Of a stretch of 64,000 nucleotides of DNA, positions 1 through 9,973 are shown one piece after another. The DNA comes from Podarcis vaucheri (lineage: Eukaryota), in assembly GCA_965113315.1 (NCBI GenBank), contig OZ220364.1. The stretch is one strand, 5' to 3'. Below the pieces are notes generated by a model. That model did not search any database and was not told the DNA's origin. It saw nothing but the letters and a program-made list of their open reading frames with translations. How positions within the stretch are numbered: position 1 is the first letter of the stretch; each line of letters starts with the position of its first letter. The translations under genes were made by a program, and so were the position numbers.

Positions 1-189
1 GCAACCTTGCATGCTAAATTAGTCTTTTCTGTCTTTATTCCCCTCCCATAATTCTTCCATCACTGGCATTACCTATGAGCACAGTTCCTGGCTTCCATAG
101 AGGAAATCACTACTTTGGATCTTTAGTTGCTGTCATTGAAGCTGGTTTATATTTCTTTATTGTTTAACAAACGTATTTAAATCATTCTT

Positions 190-1720
190 TCTGTGGTATA
201 AAATAAAACATTTAAAAATGTAAATAAAAAGGGTAAAGGGAGGTATTGAGAAAATTCAAAAGATTGTTAAAATCAACAGTAGCTTAAAAAAGATTAAAAT
301 GCATCAACATCTGTGTGTTTGGGTAGGCTGTCTAAACCAACAGGTGTTAGACAGGTGCCAAAAAGAGTACAACGAAGCAGCCTGCCTGAGAACAATAGGC
401 AGGGATTTCCAAAGTGTAAGTGCGCCCACACACACAAAAATGATTTCTTACAAGTATGGAACAAATATTATGTGGCACTTGAAACAGTGCCAGTTCCTAA
501 GATTGCACCAATTGCACTTATTAAAAGGTGCTTCTAGTCACTGTGGCTACCTGGGCCTCCAGCGACAAAGCTGGATCCAGGAGCACCCCCAAATTGCATA
601 CCTTCAGGGGAAGGCAGGCAATTCACAAAATTGGAACCATTCACCCACAGTGTCTTCATCCTGTCAGGATTCCAGCTCCCTCATTCTTTTCCACCACTGC
701 ATCTAAGCAGCAGTTCAGGATTCACATGGTCTCTCCAGATTCAGATGATATGGAGAAATAGAGCTGAGGATTCGGGTGGCGCTGTGGGTTAAACCACAGA
801 GCCTAGGGCTTGCTGATCGGAAGGTCAGCGATTCGAATCCCCGCAATAGGGTGAGCTCCCATTGCTTGGCCCCTGTTCCTGCCCACCTAGCAGTTCGAAA
901 CCACGTCAAAGTGCAAGAAGATAAATAGGTACCACTCTGGCGGGAAGGTAAATGGCGTTTCTGTGCGCTGCTCTGGTTCGCCAGAAGTGGCTTAGTAATG
1001 CTGGCCACAAGACCTGGAAAAATTGTCTGCGGACAAACGTCGGCTCCCTCGGCCAGTAAAGCGAGATGAACGCCGCAACCCCAGAGTTGTTCACGACTTG
1101 ACTTAACTGTCAGGGGTCCTTTACCTTTATTACTAGTGTACCAATGGCACCTTGCACCCAAACTCCTAATCACTGCTCCCAGAGATATTAAATAGCATTG
1201 GGGGGAGAGTGATGCCCTCTGACACCTCATTGCATAACTGCCAGTGCTGCTGTCTGGGTTCAGTCCCATAGGTGGGACAGGAACCACTGTAATACAGCTC
1301 TCTCAATTACCATTCCATGAAGCTGGTGCAGGAGCATACCATGGTCAGTGATATCAAAAGCCACAGAGATAACAAGAAACAGGAGCAATGTCATACTCCC
1401 CTTGTCCTATACTCTGTAAAGGTCATCCAGAGTGACCAAGGTTGGCTCAGTCCTATACTGGGTCTGAATTGGAATGGTTCTAAACCACCACAACCCTCTC
1501 AAGCACTTTCCCCCCAAAAGGGGTCTTTGTGACTAGGCAATGGTTATTCTGATCCAAGAGGTCCAGGCTTAGTTTTTTTAGGAGTGTCCACACCACCTCC
1601 TCTTTCAAGGAAGCACGCATATCCTCACACACATGTGCAATGAAGCATTATCTATGCTCTGAACTCAACTAGCCAAACCCTCTTTGCAAGATTTAGTAAG
1701 TCTGGAGGGACAGAGATCAA
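190..1720 (-). mobile_element. Degraded L2-like LINE remnant, interrupted by a Sauria SINE
   Basis: Minus strand near 1315-1385 reads LLFLVISVAFDITDHGMLLHQL (RT motif LDLSAAFDTIDH); near 1440-1480 a PFQ..FRP-like motif. Boundaries approximate. Confidence 0.6.
767..1129 (+). mobile_element. Sauria SINE, full length
   Basis: Head ...gggtggcgctgtgggttaaaccacagagcc, B box gattcgaatcc, body aaataggtaccactctggcgggaaggtaaa, tail ggggtcctttaccttta. Confidence 0.93.
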
Positions 1721-2193
1721 ACAGGCATGTGGATGGGCATATATAGCTGCAAGCATATTGTATAAATCAGCTGTGTGCATAATCTGAAACTGATCCTACA
1801 AGACATCACCAACTATGGCATTGGATACTTCATCTGGAACACCAATAATTACAGAATCAAGGTCACTCCAAAGTAGAGCAACTTTCTCCTCAAAATGTGT
1901 AGCCAGTTGGTGACAGCTGTACCTCAAATATTTCAGAGGCCACTCCCACACAGGACCGTCCAAAATAATTGGCTACTAGAGGATGCAATGCAAGCTGTGA
2001 AATGAACCACCTTCTCATCCCACACTACCACAGGATAAGCAGGATTATGTGCACAAACCAGTGTTCAGTCAGCTTTGAAGCAAGACTTATGCCACTCAAA
2101 CACTAGTCTTTATCTGGCTTACTTCATAGTCTAAAGCTCCCCAGAGCACCAAGGAGCCACTCAGCTTCCACAGTGCCAGAGAACACTCTCAGG

Positions 2194-2523
2194 CAGGGGT
2201 GTCTGGCCCATAGAGGCAAGTGGCACAGGGCACCAGGGCGCCAAGTTCTGGAGGGCACCAGGGAAGAGGCAGAGGCTGGATTCAGTGCCTCCTGGCATCA
2301 GCTTGTTGCCCTTGCCCACCTCACTGAAGCAGCACCACGCTCGGAGCCTCCGCCTCTTTCCCACCGGAGAAGCTGCCCTCCAGCTGCTGCCCGCCTCCTC
2401 CAGCCCCATAAAGCTGCCGGCAGTGCCGTAAAAAGGTCAGCAACTCTGGGAAACCGGGGGGAGGGAGGGGCGCGCCAGAGGGATCTTTGCACCACGGCGC
2501 CGGATATACTTAAGACGGCCCTG
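2194..2523 (+). mobile_element. Non-autonomous hAT-like element
   Basis: Termini caggggtgtc.../...gacggccctg; perfect 8-bp TSD CTCTCAGG at 2186-2193 and 2524-2531; GC-rich interior. Confidence 0.8.
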
Positions 2524-2749
2524 CTCTCAGGAGCAATCATGTCAACCACCTTTTTCATCTTGCTGGTCTATAGCAAAACCAGGGATTTGACAAGGTAATC
2601 AGCTTTCTTTGCTGATTACCAGAATGTTCAGGAACCCCTCAGCTTCCATTAGTTTTTGATATTGGGCCATTCAAACAGTCTCACCACCCTTACAGTGGGA
2701 AACTGTCACCGCTAGTCCAAACTTTACCGGGTGGTGGTCCAATGACAAG

Positions 2750-4110
2750 GGGGAACAGTTTTTCTGACCGTTGGTTCAAAGGCTTTATTCATGCCTTCGT
2801 GCATTTTGCAAATATTGCCACTGTCAGCAGGAAATCTCACTTGCTGACAGGGTTTATCCCGAGTCACAGTGTCTTGAGAACTACATGGGTGAAGGCTTTC
2901 TCCTCAGTACTCAGCAGTTCTTGTAAAGGGTAACAGTGCTGGAGTTGCACATGTCTTGTGGCACGGATCCTGTTTCCCAGCACTGCAAGAGAAGGCCATG
3001 GAGATGCATCATGAGGGAGGAGTTGAGGCCGGCTTTAAGCATTTTGTCCTATGTTTGGGTTTACCAAATGCCTAAAAGTTGCTGGCATTCTTTAGCTTGT
3101 CAAGGGAGGGAGGAACATCCAGTTCTTCCAAGACAGGCAGAGTCTGAATGCTGTCAATTGCTGTGTCAAAGACCATGTTTTTCCACAAGTACAGTTCTTG
3201 GTAGTGCATTGACTGTTGCTTAATCTACTTACTGCAATCAGTGATGGTCTCTCCAAACAAGGTTTTCAGCAGTGCAGTTTTTCTGACTGTTGGTCCGAAG
3301 GCTTTCTTCATGCATTCATCCATTTTGTGAGTATTGCCACTATCAGCAGCAAGTTGAATGCTTTGACACAGCTTAAGGCAGTAGCCATTGGTATATTGTC
3401 TGGCAATCCTCTGGGCATTGGTCCTTGCTTTTCTCAGTGCAGCAAGTATTTTCTCGGAGGCTGCACACTTGTAGTTCATAAGAACTTCACGCTTTGCAGT
3501 GATAACAAGCTCCATGTCCTTGATACCAGCCTCTCTTTTGTCCAAAGAGCACACAGCTGTGTTGTAGGTTGCCTTTTTTACGTGGTTCTACCTCACTTCA
3601 ACAGGGACGCGGGTGGCGCTGTGGGCTAAAGCCTCAGCGCCTAGGGCTTGCCGATCGAAAGGTCGGCGGTTCGAATCCCCGCGGTGGGGTGCGCTCCCGC
3701 TGCTCGGTCCTAGCGCCTGCCAACCTAGCAGTTCGAAAGCACCCCCGGGGGCAAGTAGATAAATAGGTACCGCTTACCAGCGGGAAGGTAAACGGCGTTC
3801 CGTGTGCGGCTCTGGCTCGCCAGAGCAGCGTTGTCACGCTGGCCACGTGACCCGGAAGTGTCTCCGGACAGCGCTGGCCCCCGGCCAATAGATGTGAGAT
3901 GGGCGCACAAACCCCAGAGTCTGGCAAGACTGGCCCGTTCGGGCAGGGGTACCTTTACCTTTACCTTTACCTCACTTCAACACTGTCTTCAGAACAGTTC
4001 AGTAGTGCTTTTCCCACAGAATCAGAGAAGCATTCACAAAGTTCATGTATGAATGTTCTGGAAGTGTTGATTCAAGGACCGCCAATAGTATCTCCATCTT
4101 ATCAATGCTG
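2750..4110 (-). mobile_element. Degraded RTE-clade LINE ORF fragment, interrupted by a Sauria SINE
   Basis: Minus strand reads ...LCQSIQLAADSGN..MKKAFGPTVRKTALLKTLFGETITDCSK*IKQQSMHYQELY...LPVLEELDVPPSL (RTE EN-RT linker). An INTSRT motif near 4055-4075 lies on the other side of the SINE. Contains stops. Confidence 0.75.
3604..3967 (+). mobile_element. Sauria SINE, young variant subfamily, full length
   Basis: gggacgcgggtggcgctgtggg head, ggttcgaatcc B box, (accttt)n tail; 15-bp TSD tacctcacttcaaca at 3589-3603 and 3968-3982. Confidence 0.95.
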
Positions 4111-4319
4111 AGATTTATTTTATTGGACCTCATCCACTTTGTTTCCATTCCCAGGCATTTGTTCAGCCATAAACAACAAGCAGAGTAGACTCATTGTGCG
4201 GCCATGACTATTAAGCAAAAGGTATTTGGCCAAAAAACACCCAAAGTAGCATAAAAGTGAAAACACAATATGCCAGTTTGAATAAGCCTATCCTATAATA
4301 TTATAGTATAAGTTAAAGT

Positions 4320-4487
4320 TTTTAATGTTTAATGCTGTACTGTGTTTTTAACATTCAGTTGGGAGCCGCCCAGAGTGGCTGGGGAAACCCAGCCAGATGC
4401 GTGGGGTATAAATAATAAACTATTATTATTATTAGTAGTAGTAGTAGTAGTATTACTATTACTACTACTACTATTATTACTACTACT
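4320..4487 (+). mobile_element. LINE (L2-like) 3' end with compound (TAT)/(TAG)/(TAC) tail
   Basis: gccgcccagagtggctgggg...gggtataaataataa followed by trinucleotide repeats. Confidence 0.6.
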
Positions 4488-5532
4488 GCTGACATCTGAA
4501 CTGGAAGGTGGGCAATCATAAGAAATGCATGCTTTCTCAAAAGTAAATCCTACTGAAGTAAATAAAGTTTACTCCCAAGTAAGTGTGAATAGTTTTGCAG
4601 CATTATAGTACATCCCTATTCAGAAGTAAGTCCCACTGAACTCAACAGGGCTTTCTCTCAGGTAAGTGGTTATAGGATTGAAACCTTAAGCAGTTACTCT
4701 GCAGTAGTTCCGGCAATGTTGCAGAAAAGCACACCACATGGCTGAACATTTCTCAGAATGACAAGGAATCCTTTATGGGAGAAAGTAACTCCATTTGGAT
4801 ATATGCTGCTTCTGTTTGCCATTCTGCTTTCCATTACCTTTTTTTTCATTTCCCCTTCCAAATTTTCCCCTCATCCTCATTGTTAAATGAACTACACCTG
4901 TTGACACTCACAGTGATAGTATAGCAAGTGAACACAAAAATAAGTGTATAAAAAAGCAAGTTGGATTTTACATTTGCACAGGTTATGACTTCCAGTTTGA
5001 GTGGATACAACTCAGGAAATTGAAGTTTAAATTTATGGATTTCTTGTGACCTTTGATCCTGAAAAAGGCTCATGTTGTGTTTCATTTTGTTACTACATTT
5101 TAGCAAAGTTTATCTAGTTTGGGATAGAGTTTTGCAGTATGCCAAGAAGCAAGTTATTTCACACTTAGCACAAGAATTAGAAACATAAGTTATATTTCCT
5201 ATTATTAACAGTCACTTCTCCTATGACTCCTAGCAGATTCTTTGTGGAGCCTCATGAAAGTTTATAATAAAAACAGGAAGATTTGCAGCAGGGAAAGAGC
5301 CATTCATAAGCAAAACTTCAAATAAATGAATGATGGGATTAATTACATATTGTACTATAAACACAACAAGCATCTAGCAAGAAAAATATATATTTTAGAT
5401 GTTTAAGAAACAACCCCACTCAATTCAATAGGACTTATTTCTAAGTAGACATGATTAAGATTGTGCTGCTAGGCTATAATTATGTGCAAAAGTGGTTGGG
5501 AGTAAAATCCATTGAAATCGATGTGACTTGCT

Positions 5533-5833
5533 CAGGGGCAGTGTATCCCATTTCACTCCCTGAGGCAAAACTGTAAAGTGTTGCTGCCACCGCCATGTCA
5601 CCCCCCCTCCCTTACCTGGGTTGCGTGGCAGTGGGTGCGAAGCTACAGCAGCAGCAAGATCTTGCAGAAGGCATGAGATTTCAGTGAGATCTCACCAGAA
5701 ACCACCGCTACTTCCAGCACCACTTTTCTTCTGGGGGCAGAGGGGGCAGGATGGGCAGGGGTGCTGTCTCATGAGCTTCCACCACCTGAGGCGGCTACCT
5801 GGGCTCACCTCATGCAAGGGGGGGGCAACCCTG
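5533..5833 (+). mobile_element. Non-autonomous hAT-like element
   Basis: caggggc...caaccctg termini; 8-bp TSD gacttgct/gacttgcg (7/8). Related degenerate copies near 6280-6490 and 31226-31630 share a ctgaggc-type subterminal motif. Confidence 0.7.
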
Positions 5834-6767
5834 GACTTGCGTTTGAATAAATATGGATAGAATTGGGCAGCATATGACTTAATAGTACTATTTCACTTCT
5901 GGGAAACTGAATCTTTGTACCAGTAGTTCTATAAACCATCCATGTGACTAGTAATTTTAAATAGCATGGTGGAAAACTCAGATTTTTTTTGTTGTACCTT
6001 AAATTCATAATGCATTGATTTTGTGATAAATTTTATAAATATGTGTTCTAATATGCATTTAGATGACGATTGTCTCTCAAAATAAGCATTATATCTGAGT
6101 AGGTCCTTCTTGGGTAGATCCATTGATACAGTCATGTTGGTTGCATACAAGTCTGTCACAATATTATCCTGTGTCACAGATATGTAAAGCTAATTTGTGA
6201 CCTGCCCCTAGAAGTGCCGGTCAGGTTTAGTACAGGAATTTACAAAGATTAAAATTACCAGACATCCCTTGCTGAACTCAGGATGGACCAGGGGCAACAT
6301 GTCCCATTTTGCTGCTTGAGGTGAAATGAGAAGTGCTGCCCTGCCTTGCCGTCACATCCCTTACATAGGTTTTGCAGCAGCGACACAAATTGGCAATAAA
6401 AACGAGTTCTAAGGGGTGCTGGTGGCAGAACCATTTCTCCACCAGTGCCAGCTGCTTCACCTCACTTCATGGGAAGGGTAGCAGTCAATAACCACAAAAA
6501 ACCCTACAATAATAACCTGAGTTCAGCACATGTTGAATTTATGTCAGCCTTAGCTGTCTTGAAACAATGTTTCACAAGATAAAATAATCATTGTTTAAAT
6601 AGGGTGCAGGTCATGCTGAAGCCAAGAAATTGCCAACCCTCCTTCAAGTTATCAAATCAAAACTAGTTTCCTGCCTTGATCCTCTTGATTCTTGCAGCTT
6701 ACAGCAATAAATTCGGTATTGCGGGTGACAACCAACTATTGAATAGGACCAACTAGAGGATCTACTG

Positions 6768-6905
6768 CAAGGAAGGAGAATCTGTGGCACTCTAGATTTC
6801 TTGGGACTACAGCTTCCATCATCCCTGACCATTGGCCATGCTTGCTGGGGTTGAAGGAAATTAAGAGTCCCATAACATCTGGAGGGCCACATGTTCCTTT
6901 TCTGA
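6768..6905. mobile_element. Short palindromic hAT-type MITE; related copies near 32840-32965, 42921-43215 and 58300-58390
   Basis: tgtggc.ctctagat..gggactaca.ctcccatcatccc...ccataacatctggagggccaca inverted-repeat structure recurs several times in the window. Confidence 0.7.
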
Positions 6906-7094
6906 TCTAATTGCTGCTTCCCATTTTTAACAGCAGCTGTACCTTTGCAGATCCATCAAATCATAATGTTAAAAAAAGTTTATTTGCATGTCTACTAATG
7001 CCATAGATACACATGCTAACTCTAAGAGCAACACATCACCGTGTCCAAGTCTAGCTGACTGGCTCCATGTGAAAACACCTCTTAAATTTCACTA

Positions 7095-7568
7095 CAGTGG
7101 TACTTTGGTTCTCAAACACCTTGGTATTCAAACAATTGGAATCCAAACACTGCAAATTTGTAAGTAAGTATTCTGGTTTGCGAACTTTTTTTGGAAGCTG
7201 GACGTGCTCCACTTTGAGTGTTTGCTTCCGATTTGAGTGTTACGCTGAGGTCTGTCTGTTTTTGCGTTTTTGGTTTTGCAGCTTTTTTCATTTTGTTTTT
7301 GTGACTGTGTGGAACCCAGTTCAGCTACTGATTGCTTGATTGTGTGACTGCAGTACATTGTTTATTGCTTTCATTTTATGGACCAATGGTCTTGTTAGAT
7401 AGTAAAATTCATGTTAAATTGCTATTTAAGGGGTTGTTTTTAAAAGTCTGGAACAGATTAATCCATTTTGCATTACTTTCTATGGGAAAGCGTGCCTTGG
7501 TTTTGGAATGCTTTGGTTTTGGAACGGAATTCCGAAACGGATTAAGTTTGTGAACCAAGGTACCACTG
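7095..7568. mobile_element. Tc1/mariner-superfamily (Tigger/pogo-like) MITE
   Basis: TIR cagtggtactttggttctcaaac ... gtttgtgaaccaaggtaccactg, flanked by TA on both sides. Confidence 0.88.
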
Positions 7569-8821
7569 TATTTTGTAACATCAGTGACTCCTCTGAATGC
7601 TTGCACAATTGTCTGCACAATGCATGAAAATCAAGCTACACTATAGCATGTAACAAGTGAATTATCTATTCAGCTTCATGTAGCACAGTGCAACTAAGAA
7701 CATGGCTGAATGAATAGCTACACTCATATTTCTTTACTGAAAAATTTTCATCTGAGAAAGCACATGGGGACAGAAGTAAACATGCAAAGATCATGGGGAA
7801 TACAGTTTATTATTAAAAACTGGGGAAAATGCCCCCAACAGTGATTTGGGCTCAGATTAGTGTAACAACATTAGGGGAATTGCTTGCATTAATATTTTGG
7901 TTACTAGGGTGATACAGCATGGAAGAAAAGCATCCTAATTTTATAACCCATAGCAGCCTTTTTAAACTGCAGAACACCAGCTGCTACAACTCCCTTCTCA
8001 TGTTCATTCAAAATTATATATCTTAGGTTTCCCCATAAATAAGTCCAGCAGGTAGATTTCTATCCTCTTAAATTCTGCTAAGCCTAATGTCCCTAGAATG
8101 TAAAGCAAATAGTGGGCCAAGGCAGCAGACCTCATTTTTTCAATCTAAAACATGAAGCTGTCAGTAAGATGTGCAGATGGGTCAGCATGGCCTACACTCC
8201 AGTCACCTATGAAAGACAAGAAGACAGCTCTAGTGAACTATAAGACATGAAGCATACGCGCATGAAAGAAAAGATCTCGAAGGTGATGGAGTTGATTATT
8301 GTGGAATGTACGCCAGTAAGCTGTGACAAACATGAAGAAGATGGCTGAGTTTCCACATTCTAGTTACATTTAGTGAACACAATCAAAATTGGTGTACAAT
8401 AGCGGATTGCCAACATTTGTATCACACAAATATTATTGGCTTCTTTGGCATGAAGGAAGAGATCATATTGTTTTCAATGGATTGGAGCCAGATTCCGTAA
8501 GCTGTACTTAGTTCCTGTCAAAATAACTGATTAACTTAATTGTATTTATTAAGTACAACTAACTTAGTCTTCAGTCCTGTACCCACTTATCTGGCTACTT
8601 CTTCATATACGTGTATAGGATTACACTGCAGTTGTGGAAAAAGCCTATTATTTTTATTTCAAAACTATGCTGTCTAATTAACAAAACTGCTATTCCAGAT
8701 TCATTTCACATTTTTCCTGCAGACACAAACATAAGCTTTTATGCATAAGTATATGATCAGTTGGGGGAAATGTGCTTGCCTCCTCTTCTTCATTTTTTAC
8801 TCCAAACCTCTGACATTCTTA

Positions 8822-9176
8822 AAAGGTAAAGGGACCCTTGACCATTAAGTCCAGTCACGGATGACTCTGGGGTTGCGGCGCTCATCTCGCATTACTGGCC
8901 AAGGGAGCCGGTGTTTGTCTGCAGACATCTTCTGGGTCATGTGGCCAGCATGACTAAGCTGCTTCTGGCGAACCAGAGCTGTGCATGGAAACACCGTTTA
9001 CCTTCCTGCCAGAGCGGTACCTATTTATCTACCTGCACTTTGAGGTGCTTTCGAACTGCTAGGTTGACAGAAGCAGGGACTGAGCAACAGGAGCTCACCC
9101 CATCAAGGGGATTCAAACCTCCAACCTTCTGATCAGCAAGCCCTAGGCTCTGTGGTTTAACCCACAGCACCACCCC
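8822..9176 (-). mobile_element. Sauria SINE
   Basis: Reverse-complement body and tail (aaaggtaaagggaccc); 12-bp TSD ctgacattctta at 8810-8821 and 9177-9188. Confidence 0.93.
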
Positions 9177-9314
9177 CTGACATTCTTAGTGGCCTTTTTA
9201 TAGTTCTGCAGTGACCATACATGATAAATTCTAAATTATGGAATTGGGGATCTGTCTTTTGATTGTTACTCTATAAAGCACTGTGTATGCTGATTTTTAC
9301 TGCTGATTTTTACT

Positions 9315-9678
9315 GGGACGCGGGTGGCGCTGTGGGCTAAAGCCTCAGCGCCTAGGGCTTGCCGATCGAAAGGTCGGCGGTTCGAATCCCCGCGGCGGGG
9401 TGCGCTCCCGCTGCTCGGTCCCAGCGCCTGCCAACCTAGCAGTTCGAAAGCACCCCCGGGGGCAAGTAGATAAATAGGTACCGCTTACCAGCGGGAAGGT
9501 AAACGGCGTTCCGTGTGCGGCTCTGGCTCGCCAGAGCAGCGTTGTCACGCTGGCCACGTGACCCGGAAGTGTCTCCGGACAGCGCTGGCCCCCGGCCAAT
9601 AGATGTGAGATGGGCGCACAAACCCCAGAGTCTGGCAAGACTGGCCCGTTCGGGCAGGGGTACCTTTACCTTTACCTT
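9315..9678 (+). mobile_element. Sauria SINE, young variant subfamily, full length
   Basis: Near-identical to 3604-3967; target-site motif (ta)tgctgatttt(t)act on both sides. Confidence 0.95.
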
Positions 9679-9702
9679 TATGCTGATTTTACTATGGAAA
9701 TA

Positions 9703-9973
9703 CAGTGGTGCCTCGCAAGACGAAATTAATCCGTTCCGCGAGTCTCTTCGTCTTGCGGTTTTTTCGTCTTGCGAAGCACGGCTATTAGCGGCTATTAATG
9801 GCTTAGCGGCTTTAAGAAAAAGGAAACAAACTCGCAAGAACTCGCAAGACATTTCGTCTTGCGAAGCAAGCCCATAGGGAAATTCGTCTTGCGGAACGAC
9901 TCAAAAAACAGAAAACTCTTTCGTCTTGTGCGTTTTTCGTCTTGCGAGGCATTCGTCTTGCGAGGTACCACTG
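9703..9973. mobile_element. Tc1/mariner-superfamily MITE with an internal TTCGTCTTGCG repeat array
   Basis: TIR cagtggtgcctcgcaagacgaa ... ttcgtcttgcgaggtaccactg; TA TSD; CpGs intact. Confidence 0.9.

Noticed and set aside
2173-2598. GC-rich patch and 141-aa ORF suggesting a CpG-island promoter or exon
   Set aside because: It coincides with a hAT-like element bounded by an 8-bp TSD.
3634-9877. Near-identical 97-aa ORFs (MPDSGVCAP...) and related ORFs at 715, 8911, 24602, 46427 and 56223
   Set aside because: These are translations of Sauria SINE copies, not a gene family.
9703-9973. Repeated 11-mers resembling a CRISPR-like or iteron array
   Set aside because: Spacing and orientation are irregular, the block is bounded by TIRs and TA, and the context is a vertebrate intron with no cas genes. 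It is a MITE.
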